Program-made: the position numbers and the translations under genes
Notes under the pieces: model-generated
Database searches by the model: none
What the model was told of the DNA's origin: nothing
What the model saw: only the letters and a program-made list of their open reading frames with translations
Assembly (NCBI GenBank): GCA_034723395.1
Contig: JAYEOW010000004.1
Location: 32,001 to 96,000 of the forward strand
DNA length: 64,000 bases
Reading direction: 5' to 3'
Origin: Candidatus Margulisiibacteriota bacterium
GTDB taxonomy: Bacteria > Margulisbacteria > WOR-1 > O2-12-FULL-45-9
In this document: one piece after another, positions 39,334 through 49,859 of the stretch
How positions within the stretch are numbered: the stretch's first letter is position 1
Layout: every line of letters starts with the position of its first letter

Positions 39334-40058
39334 TGCTGAATAAGGAAATATTCAAAGATAAACACATCATCTTTGTCGTCACTCATCTCTGTAAGCCGGC
39401 CATTGTTCTATTTATGGAAAGTATAATCCCGATCCTTGATAAGCACCCCGATCTGATCATGGCGGTAATCGACAGCAGATCTAGCGATGATATCCTTGAA
39501 TACTTAAAAAGCATTAAGCATAAACAGGTCGTGTTCGAGTACCTGCCCGAGAATATCGGCAAGGCTCGCGCAGCCAATGAATTCATCGCTAAATATATCG
39601 ATGAGGGCAACCTGCCAAAAACTGTCTGGTCGATGGACCCCGATATCATTCTCGATCCATTAAGCTTTGATTTCCTCCTGGACGCGGTACAGAATATAGA
39701 AGGGAAGATCGCTATTTTGGGAATGCGCTATAAGAACAACAATTGTAATCCCGAAATAAACCTCTGGTTCCCGGCAAAAAAGGTCAAAGGCAAAAACGGC
39801 AAGACCTACAGCATCAATATCCCCTCTTTTTGTTGTGTGGCTGGACCGATCCTGGCGATGAAGGGAAAAGTTTTAAGCAAGCTATTAAATTTTAAATTAT
39901 TCCCTAAGAAATTTACCCGTGTTTACGGCGGGGATGATTCGGCAATCTATCTTGAACTAAAAAAACAGGGCTATAAAATGGCTTATTTAAACGGAACACT
40001 TGTAACTCATTTAAAATCCGGAAACAAGCTCGCCCCGGAAATAAAAGACATGGTATAA
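39333..40058 (+). CDS. GT-A fold (GT2-like) glycosyltransferase
   Basis: IDSRSSD, ENIGKARAAN, MDPD, YGGDD. Confidence 0.7.
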   Translation: MLNKEIFKDKHIIFVVTHLCKPAIVLFMESIIPILDKHPDLIMAVIDSRSSDDILEYLKSIKHKQVVFEYLPENIGKARAANEFIAKYIDEGNLPKTVWSMDPDIILDPLSFDFLLDAVQNIEGKIAILGMRYKNNNCNPEINLWFPAKKVKGKNGKTYSINIPSFCCVAGPILAMKGKVLSKLLNFKLFPKKFTRVYGGDDSAIYLELKKQGYKMAYLNGTLVTHLKSGNKLAPEIKDMV

Positions 40059-40065
40059 TAAATTT

Positions 40066-40521
40066 ATGGCTGAAACACTTGGCAGTCTTATAGACAAACT
40101 AACCATCAAAAAGATCAGATTGCTCCATTTGGAAAAGGCTAAGCCTTCTCCCAAAGTAAAAAAGGCCCGGGCAATCGTTAAGCAGCAGATCGTTGATCTC
40201 TCTTTGGAAATTGATGATTTCCATAAAAAAGCGCTCAAAGGCAAGGTTATTTTGAGGGAACAGAAGGTAAAACTCTATCGCAATCCCCCCTCTCGCCTGA
40301 AATTAAATAAAATAAGATCCCTGGGCCGCTTAGTAGACTTATTATCGCAGATAAACAAGGAATTATGGGACTTTGAAGATCAGGTCCGCATCAAAGGGAT
40401 CCCTTATAAAAGAGTAGCTTATTGCAAAAGAAACATAGATCTTTGCAACAAAGAGCGCAATAATACGATTGACCGCATTGACGAACTCCTTGAGCAGCAC
40501 ATTAAGCAATGCCGCAAATAG
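40066..40521 (+). CDS. DUF4254-like helical protein
   Basis: ETLGSLIDKL.I and N.ELWDFEDQVR...KRNID..NKERN..IDRID motifs; beside a GT9 gene. Confidence 0.7.
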   Translation: MAETLGSLIDKLTIKKIRLLHLEKAKPSPKVKKARAIVKQQIVDLSLEIDDFHKKALKGKVILREQKVKLYRNPPSRLKLNKIRSLGRLVDLLSQINKELWDFEDQVRIKGIPYKRVAYCKRNIDLCNKERNNTIDRIDELLEQHIKQCRK

Positions 40522-41912
40522 ATCCCTCCCGAATAAAAAAAATTCTAGTTGTTAGGCCGGACGCTATCGGAGATTTAGTCCTAACCACTGCCGCAATCGC
40601 TGCTTTAAAAATCAAATACCCCCAAGCCCACATCGCAGTCTTAGCCAGAAAATATAACCAGATTATCGTAAAAAACAATCCCGCGGTTGATGAGGTCATC
40701 AGCGATGATATTTTTGATTGTATTGCCAAACATAAAAAGATCGGGATAACCAAATACCGGCACTGGATACAATATCTTAAGCAAAAGAAATTTGACCTGA
40801 TGATCAACTTTTACAGTGAATTCCCCTATGCTTTAATTGGATTTTTAGCTAAGATCACTTTTCGTATCGGCGATAAGGGGAAAATACTATTTAGCTGGCT
40901 TTACAACTTCCCGGTTAAGCAAAATTTTAAGAATATGGCTGTCCATGAAGTAGAACATCAGTTTGAGCTCCTAAAACCTTTGGGAATCGAAATGACTGGC
41001 GAGTCAAAATTAAAAATCTATCCCACCGCGGAAGCACTCGCCAAAGGAAAAAAGATTATCTCCGAAAATGGATTACAAGGGAAAAAATTAATTGCTATCA
41101 ATCTTGGTTCAGGTGGAAGCGACAAAGCCTGGGCGATTAAAAACGTCCAAGCACTTATTAAAGCCCTCGCCAAGAAATACGAAACCAAAACCATTTTATT
41201 GGGCGGGCCCGATGAAAAAGCTTTTGCTGAAAAAATCCTCCCAGAAATAAGCGAATTTATTGTCGATCAAGTAGGATTATCCTTTGATGCACTTTTCGGA
41301 ATAATTAGCCAAATGCATTTATTTATCGGCAATAACACCGGCCCCACCCATATTGCCTCAGCTTTGCAAATCCCAACCGTTGTCACGTACAATTCAAAGT
41401 TTCAAAAACCTGGCCGATGGGCCCCATGGGCTAACCGTCATAAAGTAATCAAGGTAGTATCAAAATGCCCCTATCCTTGTAATCCACCCATTTGTAAAAG
41501 GGATATCTGTACTACCGAAATCAGTGTTGACGATGTTTTACTAGCAGCCGAAGAACTCCTAGCTGGCAAAGGATCGCTCTCCAAGGAGGAAGACAAACTC
41601 GAGCGTGCCAGATTGAGTTTTAACATTTTGACTTTTGGCAATGATCCGTTAAAAAATAAGATCTTAAAACAATTAAAAGATAAGAACTGGCGGGTTTGGG
41701 ATATTTCTGCGGAGGACTTAAAAAAAATAGGTCTAAGGGATCTTCTCGACTTTCTCTTTAGATACGACATAAATATCATTCATGCTATGGGGCAATCATC
41801 ACCAAAACTTAAAATAGCAGCCTTACTCTCTTGCTTAAAATCCCCCTCCCCAATTATTTATCTTAACTATAAAGGGTCCGATCTTAATCATTACCTAGAT
41901 TTGATAAAATAA
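40509..41912 (+). CDS. Glycosyltransferase family 9 (heptosyltransferase-like) with C-terminal extension
   Basis: RPDAIGDLVL, HEVE, GNNTGPTHIASAL, CPYPC..C..C. Confidence 0.9.
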   Translation: MPQIDPSRIKKILVVRPDAIGDLVLTTAAIAALKIKYPQAHIAVLARKYNQIIVKNNPAVDEVISDDIFDCIAKHKKIGITKYRHWIQYLKQKKFDLMINFYSEFPYALIGFLAKITFRIGDKGKILFSWLYNFPVKQNFKNMAVHEVEHQFELLKPLGIEMTGESKLKIYPTAEALAKGKKIISENGLQGKKLIAINLGSGGSDKAWAIKNVQALIKALAKKYETKTILLGGPDEKAFAEKILPEISEFIVDQVGLSFDALFGIISQMHLFIGNNTGPTHIASALQIPTVVTYNSKFQKPGRWAPWANRHKVIKVVSKCPYPCNPPICKRDICTTEISVDDVLLAAEELLAGKGSLSKEEDKLERARLSFNILTFGNDPLKNKILKQLKDKNWRVWDISAEDLKKIGLRDLLDFLFRYDINIIHAMGQSSPKLKIAALLSCLKSPSPIIYLNYKGSDLNHYLDLIK

Positions 41913-41941
41913 TTATCGATTATGCTATAATTAGGCCAGAA

Positions 41942-42820
41942 ATGAAGATTAGTATTGTTATTGGGACCTATAACCAGAAAGATACTTTAGAAATGGTCCT
42001 CCGATCATTTGCGGATCAAACCATCCCCCCTTCGGATTATGAAATCGTGGTTATCGACAGCTCATCAAGCGATGGCACCGATCAGATGATGAACCATATT
42101 AAAGTCCCTTACTCTCTCAAGTATCTCGTTAAAGAAAATAAGGGAAAATCTTCGGCCCGCAACCACGGCGTAAAGGAAGCGCGATCAGACATTATCCTGC
42201 TGACCGACGCCGATATGATCGCCGCCAACGACCTCCTCGAAAATCACCTGATTGTCCATCAACAGAAGAAGAATGCTTCGGTTGAAGGAGCAACCTATAA
42301 TTTAAAGAAAAAAGTTACGGTTGACGAGTTGAATCCTAATCATCCAGATGTAGAACCATATATAAAACAACACTTTAGGAATGGTAAAAAACTTAAATGG
42401 TCGTATTTTTTAAGCGGGAATCTATCTTTAAAAAAAGATGCTTTTTTACGCGCTGGTGGATTTGATGAAAAGTTTAGCATTTATGGCTGGGAGGATATTG
42501 AACTCGGTTATCGTCTTAAAAAGATGGGGGTTCCATTAATTTATTGCGCGAAAGCAGCTAATTATCACTACCACTTTGTATCCGGTGAAGATATGTTAAA
42601 GCGAAAATATAGGATGGGGCAATCTGCCGCCTACTTTTACCGCAAACATCCCAACTTTACCGTCAAAATGTTTTTGGGGATGAATCCGATCGCTATGTTT
42701 ATCTTTAACTATCTAAAGAAACAGCCGGAAAAGCTAAAAAAGATAACCAATCAATATATCCTCGAGGAATATTATTACCGGCTAGGTCTAACTGAGGAAT
42801 TGGAAAAGCTTAAATCGTAA
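41942..42820 (+). CDS. Glycosyltransferase family 2
   Basis: SIVIGTYN, DSSSSDGT, ARNHG, DAD, GGFDE.F..YGWEDIELGYRL. Confidence 0.92.
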   Translation: MKISIVIGTYNQKDTLEMVLRSFADQTIPPSDYEIVVIDSSSSDGTDQMMNHIKVPYSLKYLVKENKGKSSARNHGVKEARSDIILLTDADMIAANDLLENHLIVHQQKKNASVEGATYNLKKKVTVDELNPNHPDVEPYIKQHFRNGKKLKWSYFLSGNLSLKKDAFLRAGGFDEKFSIYGWEDIELGYRLKKMGVPLIYCAKAANYHYHFVSGEDMLKRKYRMGQSAAYFYRKHPNFTVKMFLGMNPIAMFIFNYLKKQPEKLKKITNQYILEEYYYRLGLTEELEKLKS

Positions 42821-43643
42821 AGGGCCCTATCCTACACGGTACGTACTTACGCGCCCGCAACCATCTATTTAAGATCGATCCCTGTTTATCCAATTCGAAT
42901 TCGTGGAAGGAGCCGTCAAATCTCCTGGCTACTTTATAATTTGGCAATATATCCTGGAAACAGCTGGCTTGATCTTGGATTTGGTTGTAACTGGCCGAAA
43001 AACCTACTTCCTCACTCCTTTTTTTCTTTTTTAATACCTGGCCGACCGATCGATACGGATAGTGCTTATAAATTGGAAAATATTTATACATTTTCCAGCC
43101 TATTCCGTGCGGTAATACCCTCCCGTGCTCACTAAGTTCATAATATATCCCCGGTTTGTTTTTAAACTGTCGTATCTCTAAAAGTCCTGGGCAATACCAC
43201 TTTATCCTCTCTTGCAATGACTCAATCGATTCTAAATCTTTCCCCTTGTCGGTAGAATGCAGGAAAAAGTTCATCGCGTACCAATTCACCTTCTCTGCCC
43301 CCGCTTTTTCCGCTTTTTCGGATATCTTGTTCGGATCATCATAAAATATCTCATCACCGTGAAGAAGGGTAAACCATCCTTCATAGCCATACAGCTCCTG
43401 CGCTTTTTCCAGGATAAATTGGCGGGCGCCATCCTTAAATTTCCTGTTTGGAAGTTTATCGAGGATCTCACTATCTTTTATGAAATACGTAACTGCATCA
43501 TAGCTGCGGACAATCTCTTCGGTGCGGTCGGAAGAACCATCCAATACCAGTATCTTATCGAAGTATTTGGCATGCTCATTCATTACCTCTTCGATGCAAT
43601 CTTCTTCGTTACAGGTCATCATTAATCCAATATTTTGGACCAC
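42810..43643 (-). CDS. GT2-like glycosyltransferase
   Basis: CNEED.IEE...H..YFD.ILVLDGSSDRT, HGDE, HY.YRS. Confidence 0.75.
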   Translation of the reverse strand: MVQNIGLMMTCNEEDCIEEVMNEHAKYFDKILVLDGSSDRTEEIVRSYDAVTYFIKDSEILDKLPNRKFKDGARQFILEKAQELYGYEGWFTLLHGDEIFYDDPNKISEKAEKAGAEKVNWYAMNFFLHSTDKGKDLESIESLQERIKWYCPGLLEIRQFKNKPGIYYELSEHGRVLPHGIGWKMYKYFPIYKHYPYRSVGQVLKKKKRSEEVGFSASYNQIQDQASCFQDILPNYKVARRFDGSFHEFELDKQGSILNRWLRARKYVPCRIGPFTI

Positions 43644-44632
43644 TAACCTAACTCCTTTTTTACTGCCTGGAACAAATCATCAACTGCTAACTGATCCATA
43701 CAGCTAGGCCGCTCATCGCAACTTTTTTTATAACAAACTAAACAACCAACATCCGCAAAAACTTTTGTTCCCAAACCATAAAGTTCTATTTCAGTCGGTG
43801 AAGTTGGACCAAAGAAAGCAACGATCTTTTTTCCTAGGGCAATTCCAAAGTGTAAAGCTAAGCTGTCCGAACTTATCAGAAGCTGACACTGATTGATCAC
43901 CGCCGCAAAATTGCGCAACGAATGAATACCCCCATTCGGCATATCGGTCTCTTTGGAGATAATCTCATTCCTCTCTTTTTCATCGGGGCCTCCAAGGATC
44001 AAAGAAACCACGCCCAAATCTTTTCGCAGCCTTCTGATCAGGTCAACTGTCTTTTCAATACTCAAACTCTTAAGCGACCACCGCTTCCCCGCTCCAGTAT
44101 TGATCCCCACAATTCTCTCTTTTCCCCCTCCGCCTTTGCCTATGCCTAAGCCTTTTACATATTTCTCCCCATACTCAATCTCCTCAGGCGTCAGACTAAA
44201 GATATACTCTCCAATATTTATCCCCAAAAGATCAGCCATATGCTGCTGATATGTTTTGGTGTTTTCTTTTTTCAATCGATTAGCCTCGGCTAATCCATCT
44301 TTAGAAATGATCGACATATCAAACCAGGCTGAAGGCGTATAAGTTATCTTTCCATCTTGAAGATAAGAACCTAAAATTTTATTCGATTTAACCTTTGAAG
44401 CAAGTTCACAAGCTTTAAGATCGTCTTCCAGGCTAATTACCAAATCGTATTCACCTAGTTTATCCCTTTCTTTCCAGGTATAGAGCTTACTAATATACGG
44501 ATCATTCAAAAGGATATCTTTTGCCGATTCTGCGGTTATCCAATCAATCTCCCCCGACCTTAGCCCGGGAAGGATAGATGTCGTCCGCAGAACATCGCCA
44601 ACAGCTCCCAATTTAATAATTAATATCTTCAT
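43643..44632 (-). CDS. Glycosyltransferase family 9
   Basis: KLGAVGDVLRTT, SSDSLALH, FGPTS, CLVCY..C...CM. Confidence 0.9.
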   Translation of the reverse strand: MKILIIKLGAVGDVLRTTSILPGLRSGEIDWITAESAKDILLNDPYISKLYTWKERDKLGEYDLVISLEDDLKACELASKVKSNKILGSYLQDGKITYTPSAWFDMSIISKDGLAEANRLKKENTKTYQQHMADLLGINIGEYIFSLTPEEIEYGEKYVKGLGIGKGGGGKERIVGINTGAGKRWSLKSLSIEKTVDLIRRLRKDLGVVSLILGGPDEKERNEIISKETDMPNGGIHSLRNFAAVINQCQLLISSDSLALHFGIALGKKIVAFFGPTSPTEIELYGLGTKVFADVGCLVCYKKSCDERPSCMDQLAVDDLFQAVKKELG

Positions 44633-44660
44633 AGCTTATGTTATAATTGATTCTGAAACC

Positions 44661-44699
44661 TGCGAGGAAACCGAAAATTCATTCTCAGGTTTCCGAGCA
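44661..44699. repeat. Hairpin element in the 5' leader of the second ArnT-like gene
   Basis: TGC-GA-GGAAACC...GGTTTCC-GA-GCA. Confidence 0.5.
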
Positions 44700-44715
44700 T
44701 AAAAGGTATTTTAGC

Positions 44716-46107
44716 ATGTTTTTATTGTTATTTTTAGGAATAATAAATCTGTTCAAGCTTTGGCTGGTCCGTTTCCTCCCATTGCTGGGAGATGAAGCGT
44801 ATTATAATCTCTGGTCAAGGTATCCGGCATTGAGCTATACCGATCACCCGCCGATGATCGCCTGGATCCACGGTTTGATCGGACAGAACGAATTTGGTGT
44901 ACGCTTAGGAGCAATTATCACTCTACTGATCGCAACCTGGCTGATCTACCAGATCGGCAAAGAGGCTTTCGGCAAAAAGATCGGAGCCGCTTCGGCAGTT
45001 ATTTTCAACCTGGTCCCAACTTATTTCGTTGGCGGATTATTCCTAACTCCCGAACAGCCGTTAATTATTTTCTGGCTGTTAGCAATTTATTTTACGATCC
45101 AAATTATCAAGACCGGAGAAAGTAAAAATTGGTACCTACTCGGCATTTCAATTGGTCTCGGCCTCTTAAGTAAATACCCGATGGTACTCTTTATCCCCGG
45201 TCTTTTTCTTTTTATCGTTTTATCTGAAAAGCATAGAAGCTGGCTTAAGCGAAAAGAACCTTATCTGGCAATTGTTCTCGCCTCTTTAATCGCATCTCCG
45301 GTACTGATCTGGAATATACAAAATAATTTCCCGGCGCTAGCCCATCATGGAGCAAGATTGGGAAACCCGAATTATCTCAGCAATGTCCTTTATTTCTTTG
45401 TTCTACAGTTTCTGATGTACTCTCCCCCACTCTTTATTTTTAGTTGTTCTACCTTCTTCTTTGAGTTCTGGAAAAGGTTTAAACAGTTTGATGATTACTC
45501 ACTTTTCTTGATTGCTTCATCGCTAGCGGCCTTTATCCCCTTTCTTTTCGTTAGCCCTTTTACCCTGGTTGGGGGGCACTGGACTTCTACCGTCTATCTC
45601 GGAATAATCGTATTGCTCTGTCATAAATTTCTTACCGCTTTCCCAAAACCATTCAAAACCTCCAGATTCTGGTTTAACATGACAATCATTATCCTGATCA
45701 ATGTCCTTTTCGTAAGTTACTATGCGTTCATCTATCCAATTCCCGAAGGTTTAACCTATAAAACAAATAGTGAATTACCCGCGTTTATTAAAACGGTAGA
45801 TGCAGACTATGTATTTTCAAACCAGATGGGGGTCGGCAGCCTGGTCGCCTTTTATGGTAAAACCGATGCTTATCTTCCTAGCGGCTACTGGAAACAATTT
45901 GATATCTGGGGACACCCGGAAGTCAAAAAGGGTGAAAGCGTCCTTTACTTTGTATTTGGGGACCCGGAAATGGAGAAGAAACTAAAAAAAGTGTTCTGGC
46001 AGGTAAAAGAAGATAAAACAAAAAGATTAATGATCAAAGATTCAGACATCCCGGTAAAGACCAGGATCTATATCTGTAAATATTTTAAAGGAGGAAGATT
46101 GCCATAA
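44716..46107 (+). CDS. ArnT/PMT-family (GT39/83) glycosyltransferase
   Basis: DEAYY.LW, Y.DHPPMIAW, LSKY, PVLIWN; start probably ATG 44716. Confidence 0.88.
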   Translation: MFLLLFLGIINLFKLWLVRFLPLLGDEAYYNLWSRYPALSYTDHPPMIAWIHGLIGQNEFGVRLGAIITLLIATWLIYQIGKEAFGKKIGAASAVIFNLVPTYFVGGLFLTPEQPLIIFWLLAIYFTIQIIKTGESKNWYLLGISIGLGLLSKYPMVLFIPGLFLFIVLSEKHRSWLKRKEPYLAIVLASLIASPVLIWNIQNNFPALAHHGARLGNPNYLSNVLYFFVLQFLMYSPPLFIFSCSTFFFEFWKRFKQFDDYSLFLIASSLAAFIPFLFVSPFTLVGGHWTSTVYLGIIVLLCHKFLTAFPKPFKTSRFWFNMTIIILINVLFVSYYAFIYPIPEGLTYKTNSELPAFIKTVDADYVFSNQMGVGSLVAFYGKTDAYLPSGYWKQFDIWGHPEVKKGESVLYFVFGDPEMEKKLKKVFWQVKEDKTKRLMIKDSDIPVKTRIYICKYFKGGRLP

Positions 46108-46811
46108 CTGCTCTATCAATTATTGTCCCAACCTATAATGAGAGTGAAAATATCGGCCTGTTGACTGAGAAGGTTTTTAAAATTATGCGGGCAAACAATA
46201 TCGACACCGAAATGATCATCGTCGATGACAATTCGCCGGACGGCACCGCTGAAGTCGCCCAAACCCAGGCATTCGCTTATCCGCTCAAGATAATTATCAG
46301 AAAAGACAAAAAAGGGCTCGGTTCCGCGATCATAGACGGGATAAATGCCGCCCAATCCCCTGTTGTCTGTGTTATGGATGCTGATCTGAGCCATCCGCCG
46401 GAGGCAATCCCAGAAATGTTCAAACTTATCCAAAGCGGGAACGCCGAATTAGTAATCGGCAGCCGGCGGGTAAAGGGAGGCGGCACTTCCGAATGGATCT
46501 GGTATCGTAAAGTTATCCACTGGATCGCCGCTTTTATGGGATCGTTCCTTACCTCGGTAAAAGATCTTACTTCCGGCTTTTTTATGTTCGAAAAAAAGAT
46601 CATCGATGATATTAAACTCGAGCCGAAGAGCTGGAAGATCGGGCTCGAGATCATCGTCAAGGGACGCTATGACAAATACCTTGAATGCCCGATCACTTTT
46701 GTCGAGCGCGAAGCGGGAAAGAGCAAAATGGGAAGCAAAGAGGTGGTCGCCTACCTCATGCACCTCCTCTCTCTCTCAATTTATAAGATCAGCCATCGAA
46801 AAAACAGATGA
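46104..46811 (+). CDS. Polyprenol-monophosphate sugar synthase (GT2), probable ATA start
   Basis: LSIIVPTYNE upstream of the first canonical start; VDDNSPDGT, MDADLSHPP, DLTSGFF. Confidence 0.85.
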   Translation: MTALSIIVPTYNESENIGLLTEKVFKIMRANNIDTEMIIVDDNSPDGTAEVAQTQAFAYPLKIIIRKDKKGLGSAIIDGINAAQSPVVCVMDADLSHPPEAIPEMFKLIQSGNAELVIGSRRVKGGGTSEWIWYRKVIHWIAAFMGSFLTSVKDLTSGFFMFEKKIIDDIKLEPKSWKIGLEIIVKGRYDKYLECPITFVEREAGKSKMGSKEVVAYLMHLLSLSIYKISHRKNR

Positions 46812-47653
46812 AAGACCTTTCAATCATAATTGTAAACCTCAATAACAAAAAGATCCTCGATGAATGCCTCGCCTCGATCTATAAAAATACAAAAAAAATA
46901 AATTTCGAGACCATAGTTAGCGACAACGGGTCAAGCGACGGCACCCAAGAAATGGTTAAAACAAGATATCCGCAGGTAAAATTGATCAAAAATGGAGAAA
47001 ATCTCGGTTTTGTTAAAGGAAATAACATTGGGCTCAAGCAAGCAGAGGCGCGCTACTCCATCCTACTTAACAACGACACAATGGTGAAAGAGTCCGCGTT
47101 AGATAAAATGGTCGAATTCATGGATGCTAACCCGGCAGTCGGTGCCTGCGGACCTAAATTATTAAACATCGATGGGACTGTTCAACGGCAGGGAGGGGTA
47201 TTCGGTAAAAAATTCTGGAAATCGCAAAAAGCGCTAGCGGTAGATTTTGTGATCGGCGCCGCCCTCCTGGTTAGAAAAGAGGTCATCGATCGGGTCGGAA
47301 TGATGGATGAAAATCTCTTCTTTTACAATGAAGATCTCGATTGGTGCATGACGATCAGGAAAGCGGGCTATAAGGTTTGCTACCTTCCTCAAGCAGAAAT
47401 TATCCATTACGGCGGATTTAGCAGCAAAAAAGGCTTTAATAAGCGGCTCCTGGTGGAAGGTTTTAAAGGAGGATTGTATTTTTGCCGAAAACACTATGGT
47501 GAGGTAATATACAACATTTATCGCCTGCTCCTCATCCTTGGACTAATCCTGATCCTCCCCTTTTTACTGAACAACCCCGAGAAATTCAAAGCCTATTGCG
47601 AAATTATCGCTATCGCCTGGCGTGGACAAATCCCAAAAGCTGTGCTAAAATAA
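46808..47653 (+). CDS. Glycosyltransferase family 2 (WbbL/rhamnosyltransferase-like)
   Basis: [37 protein letters not shown]. Confidence 0.9.
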   Translation: MKDLSIIIVNLNNKKILDECLASIYKNTKKINFETIVSDNGSSDGTQEMVKTRYPQVKLIKNGENLGFVKGNNIGLKQAEARYSILLNNDTMVKESALDKMVEFMDANPAVGACGPKLLNIDGTVQRQGGVFGKKFWKSQKALAVDFVIGAALLVRKEVIDRVGMMDENLFFYNEDLDWCMTIRKAGYKVCYLPQAEIIHYGGFSSKKGFNKRLLVEGFKGGLYFCRKHYGEVIYNIYRLLLILGLILILPFLLNNPEKFKAYCEIIAIAWRGQIPKAVLK

Positions 47654-47660
47654 GATTGTT

Positions 47661-47936
47661 ATGAAAGAGAAAATTCACCCAAAATATTTTGACACGGTCG
47701 CAACCTGCGCTTGCGGTGCCACCCACAAGGTCGGTTCGACAAAAGAGAAGATCAGAGTAGATATCTGTTCGTCCTGCCATCCCCTCTTTACCGGGAAACA
47801 AAAATTGATGGACATCGAAGGACGCGTCCAAAAGTTCAAGAAGAAATACGCCAATATAAAACCCCGCAAAAAGAAGACCACCAAAAAGAAAAAGAAAAAG
47901 ACCCCCCGACAGGCTCGGGGCGACGCCAAGAAGTAA
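47661..47936 (+). CDS. rpmE: 50S ribosomal protein L31 (Zn-binding type) with Lys-rich tail
   Basis: [27 protein letters not shown]. Confidence 0.96.
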   Translation: MKEKIHPKYFDTVATCACGATHKVGSTKEKIRVDICSSCHPLFTGKQKLMDIEGRVQKFKKKYANIKPRKKKTTKKKKKKTPRQARGDAKK

Positions 47937-47958
47937 CCCCATTAAATAAGGTCTTATT

Positions 47959-49020
47959 ATGCTTCTAGAAAAACTAGAAAATACAGAAAAGCGCTATGCC
48001 GAGCTGGAAAAACTTCTCAGCTCCCCTGAAATAATCAACGACCGCGAAAAGTTCCAGGAATACTCAAAAGAATTCGTCGACCTAAAAGAACTCCACGAAA
48101 AAGCCCAGGATTATATCAACACCATAAGAGAGATCAAAGAGGCCGAACAGTTAAGCCAGGACGAAGAGATGAAAGAGCTGGCAGAGAGTGAATTAAAAAA
48201 ACTCAAAGCAAAAAAAAGTGGTTTAGAAAAAGCGATCGAGATCCTCCTGATCCCCAAAGACCCGCTGGACGAAAAAAATATCATTATGGAGATCCGGGCC
48301 GGCACCGGAGGCGATGAGGCGGCACTTTTTGCCGGGAACCTCCTCCGCATGTACCTCCGCTATGCCGAAAGGAACGGTTGGGCTACTGAGATACTTTCGT
48401 CGAATCCGACCGGTCTCGGCGGCTATAAAGAGGTCACTTTTAATATTATCGGCAAAGGGGCTTACAGCCGGCTTAAATACGAAGGGGGAACCCATCGTGT
48501 CCAGCGTGTCCCGGATACCGAAACTAGCGGTCGCATCCACACCTCCGCGGCAACCGTTGCTGTATTACCCGAAGCCGAAGACCTAGACGTTAATATTATT
48601 GATAGGGACCTCAGAATTGATACTTATCGCGCCTCCGGCTCTGGCGGCCAACACGTCAATAAGACCGATTCTGCAGTACGGATCACCCATATCCCCACCG
48701 GAGTAGTTGTAGCCTGCCAGGATGAGCGCTCCCAGCACCAAAACCGGGAAAAGGCGATGAAAATGCTTAGGGCCAAGATATTTGAAGCGGCCGAAGAGGA
48801 AAAGCGGAAAGAACGGGAATCGGCCCGCCGGGTAATGGTTGGGACCGGGGATCGCTCCGAAAAAATACGCACTTATAATTATCCCCAGGGACGCTTGACC
48901 GACCATAGGATCGGATTTACGATCTACAGCCTGGACAAAGTCCTCGATGGGGAGATCAACGAGGTTATCGAAGCCTTGATAAACGCCGACCGAATAGCAA
49001 AGCTGAAAAAAATGAAGTAA
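47959..49020 (+). CDS. prfA: Peptide chain release factor 1
   Basis: [16 protein letters not shown] (PxT), GGQ, ERSQHQN. Confidence 0.98.
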   Translation: MLLEKLENTEKRYAELEKLLSSPEIINDREKFQEYSKEFVDLKELHEKAQDYINTIREIKEAEQLSQDEEMKELAESELKKLKAKKSGLEKAIEILLIPKDPLDEKNIIMEIRAGTGGDEAALFAGNLLRMYLRYAERNGWATEILSSNPTGLGGYKEVTFNIIGKGAYSRLKYEGGTHRVQRVPDTETSGRIHTSAATVAVLPEAEDLDVNIIDRDLRIDTYRASGSGGQHVNKTDSAVRITHIPTGVVVACQDERSQHQNREKAMKMLRAKIFEAAEEEKRKERESARRVMVGTGDRSEKIRTYNYPQGRLTDHRIGFTIYSLDKVLDGEINEVIEALINADRIAKLKKMK

Positions 49021-49859
49021 TGGAAGTCTGGACCATCACCAAACTTCACAAATGGACCAGCAGATATCTCAATTCCCGCCTTGAGGCCGAAATCCTCATC
49101 GCCTATTCACTGAAGCTAAAAAGGATCGAGCTTTATATAAACCACGAACGGGTAGTGAATGAGAAAGAGCTGGCTGATTTTAAAAAGCTGATCCAGCGGC
49201 GTAAACAAGGCGAACCGATCGCTTATATAACCGGGACCCAACCCTTTATGTCACTCGAGTTTTTTGTCGATCGCTCTGTTTTGATCCCCCGGCCAGAAAC
49301 CGAGAGATTAGTTGAAGTTGTAATCGACCACCACGGCTCACAACTCACAATCGCCGACATCGGAACTGGTTCCGGAGCAATCGCAATCAGTCTGGCCAAA
49401 TACCTCCCAGAAATAAAAGTTATCGGTATCGATACCTCGCCGGACGCCATTAAAATCTCACAAAAGAATGCGGAACATCATAAGGTTAGCGGCCGCTGCG
49501 AATTTAGGATTGGAAATCTCCTCGAACCGCTTAAAGAAAAGGTCGATCTTATCGCCTCCAATCCGCCCTATATCCCGACTCAAGATATCGAAACGCTTGA
49601 AACCGATGTAAAAGATTGGGAACCGATCCAAGCCTTAGACGGCGGAGTTGATGGGTTGGATTACATTCGAAAACTTGTTAACCAAGCTCCTGACTACCTG
49701 AATTCAAACGGCCGGTTATTGATCGAAATCGGATTTGATCAGGGGGGAAAAGTTAAATCACTTGTGGAAAATAACGGAAAATATAAAACTATAGAAATTA
49801 TTAGAGACCTGAGTGGAAAAGATCGGATACTAAAAGCTATTCTGCAAAATGATCACTGA
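49020..49859 (+). CDS. prmC: Release factor glutamine methyltransferase
   Basis: EPIAYI, LIPRPETE, DIGTGSG, SNPPY, ALDGG. Confidence 0.96.
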   Translation: MEVWTITKLHKWTSRYLNSRLEAEILIAYSLKLKRIELYINHERVVNEKELADFKKLIQRRKQGEPIAYITGTQPFMSLEFFVDRSVLIPRPETERLVEVVIDHHGSQLTIADIGTGSGAIAISLAKYLPEIKVIGIDTSPDAIKISQKNAEHHKVSGRCEFRIGNLLEPLKEKVDLIASNPPYIPTQDIETLETDVKDWEPIQALDGGVDGLDYIRKLVNQAPDYLNSNGRLLIEIGFDQGGKVKSLVENNGKYKTIEIIRDLSGKDRILKAILQNDH

